From NCBI GenBank assembly GCA_947461145.1, contig CANHJD010000001.1, positions 1 to 54,323 of the forward strand: a stretch of 54,323 bases of DNA. The letters run 5' to 3'. The notes under the pieces were generated by a model. That model searched no databases. It worked only from the letters and a program-made list of their open reading frames with translations, and was not told the origin of the DNA. Shown one piece after another: positions 10,147-19,819 of this stretch. The translations under genes were made by a program, and so were the position numbers. Source of the DNA: Bacteriovoracaceae bacterium (GTDB lineage Bacteria > Bdellovibrionota > Bacteriovoracia > Bacteriovoracales > Bacteriovoracaceae). Each line of letters opens with the position of its first letter. Position 1 is the stretch's first letter.

Positions 10147-10605
10147 ATGACAAAACACATCGTTTTTGACTGTGATGGAACTCTATTAGACACATCACAG
10201 TCTCGTTACTCTTTATACCCTGACATCAAAGATCTTTTGATCAACCTTTCAACAAATCATTCACTTTATGTGTGGACTGCTCGGGACAGAAGTTCGACGT
10301 TGAGGATTCTTCAAGAATTGGGAGTGGTTCATTTTTTCGAAGGTTTTTGTACCTCGGATGATGCATATCCAAAGCCACACATCGGCGGAGTAGGTCAAAT
10401 GCTTGGGGAAATCAATAAAGCGCATGCTTGTGTTATTGGGGATACAGTAAATGATATTGTTGGGGCAAAGAATTTCGGAGTGAAAAGCATTGGTGCTACT
10501 TGGAATAAAAGTGCTAATTTAGATTCATTGATCGAATCTGGAGCCGATTTTATTGCTTTTAGTCCTCTAGATTGCCTGAGTTGGTTATCTAATAATCTGG
10601 GCTAG
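10147..10605 (+). CDS. HAD-family hydrolase (phosphoglycolate phosphatase-like, short cap)
   Basis: FDCDGTL motif I, KPH, IGDTVNDI motif IV. Confidence 0.88.
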   Translation: MTKHIVFDCDGTLLDTSQSRYSLYPDIKDLLINLSTNHSLYVWTARDRSSTLRILQELGVVHFFEGFCTSDDAYPKPHIGGVGQMLGEINKAHACVIGDTVNDIVGAKNFGVKSIGATWNKSANLDSLIESGADFIAFSPLDCLSWLSNNLG

Positions 10606-10683
10606 TTCTTATTCTCAAATCGACACTTCGCGTTTTTAGAAATTTGAGGTAAGCTCAACCAGTTAAAAATTAGAGGAGAAAAC

Positions 10684-12123
10684 ATGTTTGATACTTTAAG
10701 CGAAAAGTTTTCCGATGCCTTTCGCTCGCTTCGTGGAAAAAGCAAAATCTCTGAAGAGAATATTGAAGAAACGCTCAAGGCAGTTAAAACCGCCTTACTT
10801 GAAGCAGATGTTAATTTTAAAGTCGTTAAAGAGTTTGTTGAAAAAGTTAAAGCGGAAGCCTTAGGAGAAAAAGTTCTTCGTGGTGTAGAGCCGGGTCAGC
10901 AGTTTGTAAAGATCATGCATGACCAGCTTGCTGCCCTAATGGGTAAAGAGAATGAAGGTCTTGATGTAAGTCGTCCACCAGTGATGCCAATTTTAATTGT
11001 AGGATTAAATGGTGCTGGTAAGACAACATTTGCTGGTAAGCTTGCGCTTTTCCTTCGAAATAAAAATAAAAAAGATATTTACCTTATTCCTGCCGATAAT
11101 TTTCGTCCGGCCGCTAAGGATCAGCTAATTACACACGCAAAAAATTTGGGCGTTGATTATTTTGATTCTGATTTAACTCAGTCCTCAGTTGATATTGTTA
11201 AAAACGGTATGGCCGAGGCGAAGAAACTTAATAAGCATATTGCCATTATCGATACTGCTGGTCGTCTCCAAGTTGATGAAGAGTTAATGGGTCAGTTGGT
11301 TGAGGTTCGCAAGTCTCTTGATAACCCAGAAGTCCTCATGGTGGCCGATGCGATGACCGGTCAGGAAGCTGTGAATGTTGCTAAAGTTTTTCATGAGAAA
11401 GTTGGCCTAACAGGTGTAGTTCTTTCAAAAATGGATTCAGACGCTCGAGGTGGTGCAGCCCTCTCTATTCGATACGTGACTGGAGTTCCGATAAAATTCA
11501 TCTCCGTTGGTGAGAAGATGAAGGATCTCGATCCTTTTCATCCTGACCGATTGGCCAAGCGAATTTTGGATATGGGTGATGTGCTCTCTTTGGTTGAGAA
11601 AGCAGAAGAGGCCATTAATCAAGACGAAGCCATGGGAATGATGGCCAATCTTGAGAAGGGAAAATTCACGATAAATGATTTTCTAAAACAAATGGAGACA
11701 ATTAATCGTTTAGGTTCTTTTGGCTCAATTTTGAAAATGATACCTGGTATGGGCGGGGCCCTTCGCCAGATGGGTGATTTGGGGCCAGCTGAAAATGAAA
11801 TGAAAAAAATGAAAGTCATGATTAACTCTATGACTAAGAAAGAGCGTGAAGATACATCGTTAATTAATGCATCTAGACGCAAAAGAATTGCGGCAGGTTC
11901 GGGCAAGACTGTTCAGGATGTGAATCAGTTCATGGAGCGCTTTGAGCAAATGCGTCAAATGATGGTTGGAATGATGGGGATGATGAAAGGTGGCGGTCTT
12001 CCTAATCTTCCGGGAATGGGTCCGGTGAAAGGATTCAGGCAGGCACCGCAGAATCAGCAACCTTTTGGAGAGCAGAAAGAAAAGGGTCCTAAGAAAGGCC
12101 AGTTTGGAAAGAAGTATTTCTGA
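10684..12123 (+). CDS. ffh: Signal recognition particle protein Ffh
   Basis: ALLEADV, GLNGAGKTT, DTAGRL, DARGGAALS, RILDMGD, Met-rich M domain. Confidence 0.98.
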   Translation: MFDTLSEKFSDAFRSLRGKSKISEENIEETLKAVKTALLEADVNFKVVKEFVEKVKAEALGEKVLRGVEPGQQFVKIMHDQLAALMGKENEGLDVSRPPVMPILIVGLNGAGKTTFAGKLALFLRNKNKKDIYLIPADNFRPAAKDQLITHAKNLGVDYFDSDLTQSSVDIVKNGMAEAKKLNKHIAIIDTAGRLQVDEELMGQLVEVRKSLDNPEVLMVADAMTGQEAVNVAKVFHEKVGLTGVVLSKMDSDARGGAALSIRYVTGVPIKFISVGEKMKDLDPFHPDRLAKRILDMGDVLSLVEKAEEAINQDEAMGMMANLEKGKFTINDFLKQMETINRLGSFGSILKMIPGMGGALRQMGDLGPAENEMKKMKVMINSMTKKEREDTSLINASRRKRIAAGSGKTVQDVNQFMERFEQMRQMMVGMMGMMKGGGLPNLPGMGPVKGFRQAPQNQQPFGEQKEKGPKKGQFGKKYF

Positions 12124-12142
12124 GGGGTTAATAGTCATTGGT

Positions 12143-12171
12143 TTGACTTTACTCGTCAGTTAGAATATAAA
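12143..12171 (+). promoter_or_regulatory. sigma70-type promoter for rpsP
   Basis: TTGACT-N17-TATAAA. Confidence 0.65.
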
Positions 12172-12210
12172 ACATAAAATTTTTTTGTGTACATTAGAGG
12201 AGAATCCCCA

Positions 12211-12453
12211 ATGGTAAAAATTAGAATGGCCCGTGGAGGCCGCAAAAACCGTCCAGTTTATACAATCGTAGCTACAAATTCTCGTAGCCCAAGAGATGGC
12301 CAATTCCTTGAAAAATTAGGCCAATACGATCCTAAAGCTGCAGAAGCTATTAAATTAGTTAATGTTGAAGGTATCAAGACTTGGATCGCTAAAGGCGCCC
12401 AACTTACTGATACTGTAAGAACATTGCTCAAAAATAACAATATTAAGTTATAA
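12211..12453 (+). CDS. rpsP: 30S ribosomal protein S16
   Basis: MVKIRMARGGRKNRPVYTIV...SPRDG..LE.LG.YDP; GAGGAG RBS. Confidence 0.97.
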   Translation: MVKIRMARGGRKNRPVYTIVATNSRSPRDGQFLEKLGQYDPKAAEAIKLVNVEGIKTWIAKGAQLTDTVRTLLKNNNIKL

Positions 12454-12508
12454 TATTGCTAACCCGGTCGATCAGCTCCCGGGGTAATGACCCTTACAAG
12501 CAGGTGTT

Positions 12509-12751
12509 ATGAGCAGCGAATTGAAGAATCTGATTGAGTTTGTGTCTAAGGCCCTTGTTGACATGCCCGAGCATGTTGAAGTTAATGAGGTTGAAGGTGA
12601 GCAAACCACAGTCATAGAACTCAAGGTCGATAAATCGGATTTGGGCAAAGTGATTGGTAAGCAAGGAAGAACGGCTAGAGCATTGAGAACAATTCTTAAT
12701 GCAGCTTCTACTAAGCTTAGAAAAAGATCAGTGCTCGAAATAATCGAGTAA
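12509..12751 (+). CDS. khpA: KH-domain RNA-binding protein KhpA (YlqC)
   Basis: [17 protein letters not shown]; canonical position after rpsP. Confidence 0.95.
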   Translation: MSSELKNLIEFVSKALVDMPEHVEVNEVEGEQTTVIELKVDKSDLGKVIGKQGRTARALRTILNAASTKLRKRSVLEIIE

Positions 12752-12772
12752 CTTTTATTTAACAAATGTTTT

Positions 12773-12826
12773 GGACCCCAGCTTACCGATTGATTTCAAT
12801 CGAGTCAGTTGGGGTTTTTATTTTTT
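12773..12826 (+). terminator. Long hairpin plus U tract between khpA and rimM (possible attenuator)
   Basis: GACCCCAGCT..CGATTGA/TCAATCG..AGTTGGGGTT followed by T-rich run. Confidence 0.5.
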
Positions 12827-13369
12827 ATGACAAAAGAAAACTCAAAGTTGATAAAAATTGCCAATGTTTTTCATCCTCATGGAATCAAGGGCGAAGTTGA
12901 ACTCCGACTTTTGAACGATGATCACAATGAGTCTGTTCTAGAGGAGGGGATGAAGGTTATTCTTTTTCCATCCTCCGAGAAGTCAAAAATTTCCAAGGCC
13001 GGAGAAGAATGGCTAATTCAGAAACTTCGTTTCGGAAATAAAGTCATCTGCTATTTTGAAGGAATTAAAGATCGGACACATTTGGAAACACTTCTGCCTT
13101 TTGAAATTCATGTTTCTCGAGATATTTTCCCCGAAGCTGAGGATAATGAAGTTTACCTTGTTGATCTGATTGATATGGATGTCGTGAATACCGATGGTCA
13201 GAAGGTTGGGGTTCTTGAGAGCTTTTCGGACAATGGAATGCAGTACCTCTTTGAAATTCGTTTGAATGACGGACAAAGCCTGACTCTTCCTTATGTTGAA
13301 GCTTTCTTTCCTGAGATAGACACCGAAAATAAAAAAATCGTTATGATCATGCCGGAGTATACAGAATGA
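12827..13369 (+). CDS. rimM: Ribosome maturation factor RimM
   Basis: HGIKGEV, Y..DLI, PRC-barrel C-terminus; operon position. Confidence 0.93.
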   Translation: MTKENSKLIKIANVFHPHGIKGEVELRLLNDDHNESVLEEGMKVILFPSSEKSKISKAGEEWLIQKLRFGNKVICYFEGIKDRTHLETLLPFEIHVSRDIFPEAEDNEVYLVDLIDMDVVNTDGQKVGVLESFSDNGMQYLFEIRLNDGQSLTLPYVEAFFPEIDTENKKIVMIMPEYTE

Positions 13370-14109
13370 TCAAACGCATCTGGATTCTCACTTTATTTCC
13401 TGAAATGTTTAAACCATTTCTCGAATGTGGAATCGCAGGTTCTGCCTTCCGAGGTGAGAGAAGTGAAGAAATAAAGTTTGAGCTCTCATTTGTGAACATT
13501 CGAGATTTCTCCCAAACAAGATATAAAAGTGTTGATGACTCTCCATATGGTGGAGGCCCGGGAATGGTCATGAGGGCCGATATTTTAAAAGAAGCACTTA
13601 TCAAAGGTGTGCAGGAAGCGGGAGGATATGATTCCCTGGATAAGCTTCATGTGATCTATACCTCACCTCGGGGAAAAGTTTGGAATAATAAAGTCGCACG
13701 AACCTTTGGTCAAAATATATTAGGGATGAATGATAAGGATCTTGTTTTCATTGCCGGCCGTTACGAGGGGATTGATGAGCGTTTTCTTCAAAAGTATGTA
13801 AATGAGTTTTACTCAGTTGGTGATTTTGTCCTTACAGGTGGAGAATTGGCAATCATGCTCATGCTTGATTCTGCTGTTCGCTTTGTTCCAGGAATCTTGG
13901 GTAATAAATTATCCAGTGAAGATGATTCTTTTGAAGATGGTTTGATTGAGTTCCCTCAGTATACCAAGCCTCGTGAATTTGAAGGCCTTGAGGTGCCTTC
14001 AATTTTACTTGAGGGGCATCACAAGAAAATCCAAGAATGGCAGCATCAAGAGAAGATCACGATGACTAAAAAATGGAGACCAGATCTTCTAAAAGATAAA
14101 AGCATCTAA
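13366..14109 (+). CDS. trmD: tRNA (guanine-N1)-methyltransferase
   Basis: TLFPEMF, VDDSPYGGGPGMVM, GRYEGIDER, SVGDFVLTGGE. Confidence 0.98.
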   Translation: MIKRIWILTLFPEMFKPFLECGIAGSAFRGERSEEIKFELSFVNIRDFSQTRYKSVDDSPYGGGPGMVMRADILKEALIKGVQEAGGYDSLDKLHVIYTSPRGKVWNNKVARTFGQNILGMNDKDLVFIAGRYEGIDERFLQKYVNEFYSVGDFVLTGGELAIMLMLDSAVRFVPGILGNKLSSEDDSFEDGLIEFPQYTKPREFEGLEVPSILLEGHHKKIQEWQHQEKITMTKKWRPDLLKDKSI

Positions 14110-14621
14110 GGCCGCTGAGGCACCTTTTGAATCAATGAAATATCGTAGTCTTGTCCACTAATCCTTTTCAGGATTTCTTGATAGGTTTTTTCTTCCATCA
14201 TTGGAGTTCTGGCCATTATCCAGATGTAGCTGCGATTAGGGACACCAATGACCGTGTAGGAATAATCATCCGCAAGGTCCATGATGATATAGGGAAATTT
14301 AAGGGGCCAGAAGAATTGAATTTTCCACTCGCTTCCAGAATCATCCATGACAAAAGCTTTTTGAGTATAAGTTTTTTTCTCACCCTGAAAAGAGCCTTTA
14401 TTAAATTCAAAAACAACATCGATACGATCTTCTTTCTTATTCCAAGTATAAGTCTCAACAGCGTTATGGGCCTCTTTTTCAACAAATGTTGGGATGTTGG
14501 CAATGACGTACCACTTCCCCATGAAACGACTGATTTCAACTTTTTCAACCTTCTTTAAAGGTGGGTGGGTTGAGCAGGCCGCTAGAATTAAGGTGCTGAT
14601 AATGGCAGTTAGTTTTTTCAT
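14106..14621 (-). CDS. blc: Lipocalin lipoprotein (Blc-like)
   Basis: Lipobox LAAC; RFMGKWYVIA, DYSYTVIG, WIMARTP motifs. Confidence 0.88.
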   Translation of the reverse strand: MKKLTAIISTLILAACSTHPPLKKVEKVEISRFMGKWYVIANIPTFVEKEAHNAVETYTWNKKEDRIDVVFEFNKGSFQGEKKTYTQKAFVMDDSGSEWKIQFFWPLKFPYIIMDLADDYSYTVIGVPNRSYIWIMARTPMMEEKTYQEILKRISGQDYDISLIQKVPQRP

Positions 14622-14778
14622 TTTTTCATTATAAAACTCTTTTTAAGCTTTTGCCTGTGCTTTAACCTGAACATTTTTTAAAAAAATGGCCATATGTGCT
14701 TAAAATCACATCTTGTAATTTTTACTCTGGCCTAAATATAGTTCGAGGATTTCAACTTATTATTTGCTAGAAAGCCCC

Positions 14779-16941
14779 ATGCGCGTTTTATATATCTTAT
14801 CTGCTCTATTATTTACGACATGCGTTTTGGCCGAAGCCATTCCAGGTAGTGAGCTACTAAGCTATTTTTCCTCAAATTGCCGCACACAGGGAGAATGGAC
14901 ACGAAGTGCTCTTGCTGATTCCAAAGCCTTAATAGAAACTTTAAGATCTCTTTCTCAAGATCCAGATTGTAGATCATTGTCTGGAAGTATTTCTCAGCTC
15001 GAAATTCTCAGTCAACAATTGACGAGTGTTCAAAATTTAGATTCTCAACAAGTTCAAATCGCTACACTTAATTCAAAAGAACAAGAACTCCTTATACAGC
15101 TCTCACAAACCTCTGAGGTCTCTGTTCAATCTGACATCAATGGCAAGTTAAGAGATCTTCAATTACAACGTGCTGCGATTGAGGGATCAATAAATAATAA
15201 ATCGCAATTTAATGGGCCGGATAAAGTTCAATTACTCATGGGAATTGTCCAAACGGCCAATTCTTCTTTTTCTCAAATTGTTGGTAACCAAACTTGTCTT
15301 AAAAAAAATGGTAACATCCTTAAGTCTGCAACTTCGATTGTGAGCGCAATTGGAGCAACGGTTAGTGTTGCCAATCCCGCTCTAGGACTTGGTCTGTCTG
15401 CAGGATCGGCTTTTTTAGGTCAAACGATTGAAGGTATAAGACAAAGTACAAACTCTTGGCAGATAAGAAGAATCTCAAATAACTCTGTCGCTTTTGAAGC
15501 CTATAAGTGTGCACTCGAAACGATGTCCGAGCGCTGGTGCCAGATGAAAGATGCTGAATCTTTTTTAAACTTCAAGGCAACTTTTCGTCAGCGAACTTTA
15601 GAAAACTCAAGCCTTGCAAGTGCTATCCGTTTAAATGATCGCGAGATCCCTGTCTTGCTTGAGTGGTTAACTAAGGTCAGAGCAGGGGTGACCCCGACTA
15701 CAACGGCCGATGCTGGACGACAGAGTAATGTTTTTAATCGCGATGCGGTTCTTCGCTCTCTTGAAGCCTATGGGATTGGCCTAATTGAAGAAAATCGTGC
15801 TCTATATAATTCTTACTCAGATTTAAATGACAGGTGGGGGTTTTTAAGAAGTTTAATTGTTACACTAATACCTTCTGTGGCGCCTAACAACGTTAAAAAT
15901 CCTCTCTATGATGTTATTCCTGTAGGCTATACACCATACTTCCTGCTTAATCTCCCTGACGATGCATCCATTAGAACTAACCAAGGTGCTTATCAGGATT
16001 TTAATGCTTGGTCTAAGCCATCCGGCTTTAACCCAACTCTTGATCTTGTAAAAGAAAAATATATTGAATGGGTTCAAAAAACTCGCATCAGGGTAAATCA
16101 AGAACTTGCTCAAGTTCTTCAGCCAGATGCTCTTCAAACACTTTCTAGTGCCTATGAGAGATCTGGGAACCGTTGGAAAATATCCCCTATGGATAGCTTG
16201 AAAGGGATCATTACTTTTCTTAAAGACCATCCTCCAAGAGGAGAAAATGATCAATTCTCCAGACTTTATGAAAGCACAATAAAAAAGTTCACAGAAGTTT
16301 ATGAGATCACCCAAAATGCAGTGATTAATATTGAGACAGAAGGTTTTACTGGCTCTCCTGTTGAGCAGATTTATGAGATTACACAATTAAAGTACGGAAC
16401 AGTCGTGATCCAGGCGCGCTTGGACATGGTGATTCGATTAGCTCTTATGGATCTTATTCAAAACTCTACTCCTGAAGATCAAGTTCTGGTTGCTCAACTT
16501 TTGGCAGCTGAGAGATTTACCGAGACGTTGTCTAAAATGTCAGGAACAGATAATCTTGCACTTATTAAGGCAGATATCAATCGAGCTCAGCCAATTACTA
16601 TTTCAAACTTAAGTTCATTTAATGATGCTTTTGGAAAAAACATCCATCGGATTTTGAAAAAAATTAAAAAAGAGGAAATCGAATCTTCAGGAAGTATTGC
16701 TAAGGCGAAGCGCTATGCTCGGACTGAAATGTGCTTTCTCTTATTGGCCGTTCCGGATTTAAAAAATAAGATAGATACCGAGTTATGTGAAGGACTAAAA
16801 TTCACTCCTGTTATTCCTGGTGGGCCTGAGTCGGTCACGCTTTCAACTGACACATTTAAGAAAGACTTTAATGATCGCTCTTGTGTTTATCGTGATTACT
16901 TTCGACGCAGCAAAATTTATGAGAACTGGGGAATTAAATAG
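14779..16941 (+). CDS. Large secreted, largely helical hypothetical protein
   Basis: Signal peptide MRVLYILSALLFTTCVLA; coiled-coil-like region; hydrophobic Gly-rich segment. Confidence 0.8.
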   Translation: MRVLYILSALLFTTCVLAEAIPGSELLSYFSSNCRTQGEWTRSALADSKALIETLRSLSQDPDCRSLSGSISQLEILSQQLTSVQNLDSQQVQIATLNSKEQELLIQLSQTSEVSVQSDINGKLRDLQLQRAAIEGSINNKSQFNGPDKVQLLMGIVQTANSSFSQIVGNQTCLKKNGNILKSATSIVSAIGATVSVANPALGLGLSAGSAFLGQTIEGIRQSTNSWQIRRISNNSVAFEAYKCALETMSERWCQMKDAESFLNFKATFRQRTLENSSLASAIRLNDREIPVLLEWLTKVRAGVTPTTTADAGRQSNVFNRDAVLRSLEAYGIGLIEENRALYNSYSDLNDRWGFLRSLIVTLIPSVAPNNVKNPLYDVIPVGYTPYFLLNLPDDASIRTNQGAYQDFNAWSKPSGFNPTLDLVKEKYIEWVQKTRIRVNQELAQVLQPDALQTLSSAYERSGNRWKISPMDSLKGIITFLKDHPPRGENDQFSRLYESTIKKFTEVYEITQNAVINIETEGFTGSPVEQIYEITQLKYGTVVIQARLDMVIRLALMDLIQNSTPEDQVLVAQLLAAERFTETLSKMSGTDNLALIKADINRAQPITISNLSSFNDAFGKNIHRILKKIKKEEIESSGSIAKAKRYARTEMCFLLLAVPDLKNKIDTELCEGLKFTPVIPGGPESVTLSTDTFKKDFNDRSCVYRDYFRRSKIYENWGIK

Positions 16942-16992
16942 GTCGCATGATCTTCATTGTCAGATTCTTGCATTTTGCTTTATAACCTCCCC

Positions 16993-17577
16993 ATGAATTT
17001 TTCTAATCAGTTCTATATTGGTCTCGTTCATGGTCCCATCCGTTCAAAAGACGGACAGGAAATAACAACTTCAGTCACAAATCTAGATATTCACGATATA
17101 GCTCGAACTGCCAGAACCTTTGGCTTTAAAAAATATTTTTTAATCACCCCGATCAAGAATCAACAGGCGATGGTCAAAAAAATTTTAGGATTCTGGGAAA
17201 CAGACTCTGGGCTTATTTATAACCCTGATCGTAAAAATGCCCTCGCAGATGCGACTGTTGTGGACACGATAGAGCAAACGGTTGAGGAGATAAAGAGAAT
17301 TGAAGGAAAAGCCCCTTTTGTTGTTGTGACAGGGGCAAATTTTGAGAAGTATGACGGCAAAGAGATAGAACTCCTTGCCAAGTTAAAAGTAGAAAATGTC
17401 CCAATGCTCCTTCTTTTTGGAACAGGATGGGGACTAACTGAGTCTGTAACCAGTAAAGCCGATTTTCGCTTAGAGCCAATTTTTGGTAAGGCAAGCGATG
17501 GTTATAATCATCTTTCGGTGCGCTCCGCCGTCGCTATTTACTGTGATCGATTAGCTAGAGCTCAGGATGCTCTTTAG
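16993..17577 (+). CDS. SPOUT-class SAM-dependent RNA methyltransferase (Methyltrn_RNA_4 type)
   Basis: TTSVTNLDIHDIAR, LLFGTGWGL, YNHLSVRSA. Confidence 0.88.
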   Translation: MNFSNQFYIGLVHGPIRSKDGQEITTSVTNLDIHDIARTARTFGFKKYFLITPIKNQQAMVKKILGFWETDSGLIYNPDRKNALADATVVDTIEQTVEEIKRIEGKAPFVVVTGANFEKYDGKEIELLAKLKVENVPMLLLFGTGWGLTESVTSKADFRLEPIFGKASDGYNHLSVRSAVAIYCDRLARAQDAL

Positions 17578-17635
17578 TTAAGTCCTTAGATTTTCATTAA
17601 TAAATTTAAAACTCATCTTTTGAAAAGAACTTCCC

Positions 17636-17826
17636 TTGACGAAGGGGCCATGTTCTTGTTATTACGTTGAACCTAGAGATTTATTGCCTCGCTCTCAAGT
17701 GATTAGACTAGTGACGGATATTATCACGACTTTTTTTACTTCGCTGAAGCCTCTGATCTCATAATTTTTCCCTTCCCTCTGGCCACGTGTTGCGCGAATG
17801 GAAGGCTCGTCATTGAGAGGATTTTT
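17636..17826 (+). promoter_or_regulatory. rplS promoter and long structured 5' leader
   Basis: TTGACG-N18-TATTAC; CTCTCAA(G)TGA 17692-17702 complementary to TCATTGAGAG 17810-17819, which covers the RBS. Confidence 0.5.
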
Positions 17827-18189
17827 ATGAACCTAATTGATGTTGTAGAAAAGATCTACGCTAACCCGAATGCAACAGCATTGCCTGCATTCAGAACTGG
17901 TGACACTGTTGAAGTAGCTGTTCGAATTAAAGAAGGCGAAAAAACTCGTATCCAAAATTTCCAAGGTACATGTATCGCCATGAAACATCCTGGAAAAATG
18001 AATGGTCACTTCCGCGTTCGTAAGATTTCTGACGGCGTGGGTGTTGAACGTGTATTCCCTTTTCATTCACCAGCTGTTGAAGGTGTGAAAGTGATTACTA
18101 AAGGTAAGTCTCGTCGCGCTAAGCATAACTACCTTCGTACGAGAACTGGTAAAGCTGCACGTGTGGCAATTGATTACAACCGCGATTAA
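17827..18189 (+). CDS. rplS: 50S ribosomal protein L19
   Basis: P.FRTGDTV.V...IKEGEKTRIQ.F.G, VRKIS.GVGVERVFP.HSP. Confidence 0.97.
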   Translation: MNLIDVVEKIYANPNATALPAFRTGDTVEVAVRIKEGEKTRIQNFQGTCIAMKHPGKMNGHFRVRKISDGVGVERVFPFHSPAVEGVKVITKGKSRRAKHNYLRTRTGKAARVAIDYNRD

Positions 18190-18211
18190 TCTCGAGATTG
18201 AGTTAAAAAAG

Positions 18212-18239
18212 AAGGGCTCCGAAAGGAGCCTTTTTTTTT
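18212..18239 (+). terminator. Intrinsic terminator after rplS
   Basis: AAGGGCTCC-GAAA-GGAGCCTTTTTTTTT. Confidence 0.9.
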
Positions 18240-18251
18240 GAAAAAGCATTA

Positions 18252-18941
18252 ATGATCGAATTAGAACTGATAAAAAAATTCCCCCAAGAAATTATTGCAG
18301 TCGATGAAGTCGGCAGGGGACCTCTCTGTGGTCCCGTTGTGATTGGCGCTGTTCGACTTTATGTTGAGAGCAAAACAGAATTATCTAGCTTATTAAAGAA
18401 ACTAAGAACTTCAGGGGTGAAAGATTCTAAAAAACTTTCTCCGTCCGAAAGATCAAAAATTTTATTCGGGCTTGGGATGGAACTTATACCATTTCGAGAA
18501 AAAGGAGAGATTAGTTTTGATGGGTTAAAGCTGAGCTTTGTGACTTGGGAAATGGACCACGAAGTTATTGATCGAGAAAACATACTAGCGGCAAGTTTAC
18601 GAGGAATGAAAGAAGCAAGTCTCTTTCTTTCGAAAAAGAAAAAGAATCTAACAACAGTCTTAATTGATGGAAATATGAGGTTTAGGTGGGATAAAGAATC
18701 TCCCTTCACAGAGTTGCCAATTATTGGCGGTGATAAGATCTCTCTTCTTATTGGTCTTGCTTCAGTGGTTGCCAAGGAAAAGAGAGATATTTTTATGGGC
18801 CAAATGCACGAGCTGTACCCGCAATATGGAATTAATTCCCATTATGGCTACCCAACCAAGTTCCACCGAGATGCGATTAAAGAATTTGGGCCAAGTCCGA
18901 TTCACCGCAAGTCCTTTAAGGGTGTCAAAGAATACGTTTAG
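18252..18941 (+). CDS. rnhB: Ribonuclease HII
   Basis: VDEVGRGPLCGPV, DSKKL, LIDGN, HYGYPT..H, HRKSF. Confidence 0.95.
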   Translation: MIELELIKKFPQEIIAVDEVGRGPLCGPVVIGAVRLYVESKTELSSLLKKLRTSGVKDSKKLSPSERSKILFGLGMELIPFREKGEISFDGLKLSFVTWEMDHEVIDRENILAASLRGMKEASLFLSKKKKNLTTVLIDGNMRFRWDKESPFTELPIIGGDKISLLIGLASVVAKEKRDIFMGQMHELYPQYGINSHYGYPTKFHRDAIKEFGPSPIHRKSFKGVKEYV

Positions 18942-19227
18942 TCCCGGTCTTAAATCTGAGCTTGATCATTCAGTTACTTTTCATCATAAATCTATTCCAG
19001 TTTTAGTTTCGGCACACCTTCTCAGACGTAGAGACTTAGGACAAATTGATTTAGCAAAACTTTGCCGTGACCAGCAGGGGTGGTGGCTCGAGGTAGCAGA
19101 GGTTAAAAGTTCAATCGTGGGAGCTCATTCTAGCTTGAAGGGGCAGAAGGTCCGGATATTTAGGGCAGCAAGTTTTCTTGGTGCGATTTTAAGTGCTCGA
19201 GTTAAGGTTACTGATATTGTCGGGTAA
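18922..19227 (+). CDS. Divergent YraN-like PD-(D/E)XK protein
   Basis: GTG start overlapping the rnhB end; GQIDL...EVKS...QK.RI.RAA matches the YraN pattern; canonical rnhB-yraN-rsmI synteny. Confidence 0.65.
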   Translation: MSKNTFSPGLKSELDHSVTFHHKSIPVLVSAHLLRRRDLGQIDLAKLCRDQQGWWLEVAEVKSSIVGAHSSLKGQKVRIFRAASFLGAILSARVKVTDIVG

Positions 19228-19272
19228 GCGTTATCTTTTGCAAATATTCTCGAGATTCATTAACCTATTACC

Positions 19273-19782
19273 ATGAGAAAATTTTTATCTTTATTCATCG
19301 TTTTTTTCCTTTTTAACTCTATACTTCGTCCCGATGAAGCAAGGGCCGAAATGCCAGCAAAGGCGAAGGCCTTCTTAACCATGGCGGGGTATGGTGCTGG
19401 CGGCGGTGCTCTCCTTGGTGTTGCGACTATGGCATTTGGAAATTCTACTCGAGCAGTGGCCCAAGGTGCTTCACTAGGTCTATATGCGGGATTGCTTTTT
19501 GGAGGCTACGTCCTTATTTCCCATTATCAAAAACAATCTGGAAATTATGATGACAATTCCTCTCCTTATCAGGAGTCTAGCGATATTTATGGTGATGAAT
19601 ATAATTCAGAAGAAGGCGGTGGGGGAGAGGATGATTCAGGCTCTCGACGGGGAGGCTTTTTTGATCGCTTTCAAGTCATGCAAGAGCATGTTTTGAATCA
19701 ATCTTTTACTTTTGAATCTGAAAAGAGAAAAGGGAAGAGCTTGCCACCCATTCAGTTAAATCTTTTTCAGTATAGTTTTTAG
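19273..19782 (+). CDS. Exported protein with Gly-zipper-like helices and acidic linker
   Basis: Signal peptide; GYGAGGGALLG and GASLGLYAGLLFG segments; ends in LFQYSF. Confidence 0.75.
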   Translation: MRKFLSLFIVFFLFNSILRPDEARAEMPAKAKAFLTMAGYGAGGGALLGVATMAFGNSTRAVAQGASLGLYAGLLFGGYVLISHYQKQSGNYDDNSSPYQESSDIYGDEYNSEEGGGGEDDSGSRRGGFFDRFQVMQEHVLNQSFTFESEKRKGKSLPPIQLNLFQYSF

Positions 19783-19784
19783 TC

Positions 19785-19819
19785 AAAAAAAAGGGTCCCA
19801 ATCGGGACCCTTTTTTTTT
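19785..19819. terminator. Bidirectional intrinsic terminator
   Basis: A8-GGGTCCC-AATC-GGGACCC-T9 between convergent genes. Confidence 0.9.

Noticed and set aside
18724-18921. 5' extension of the 167-aa ORF
   Set aside because: Overlaps rnhB out of frame; YraN-like similarity begins only after GTG 18922
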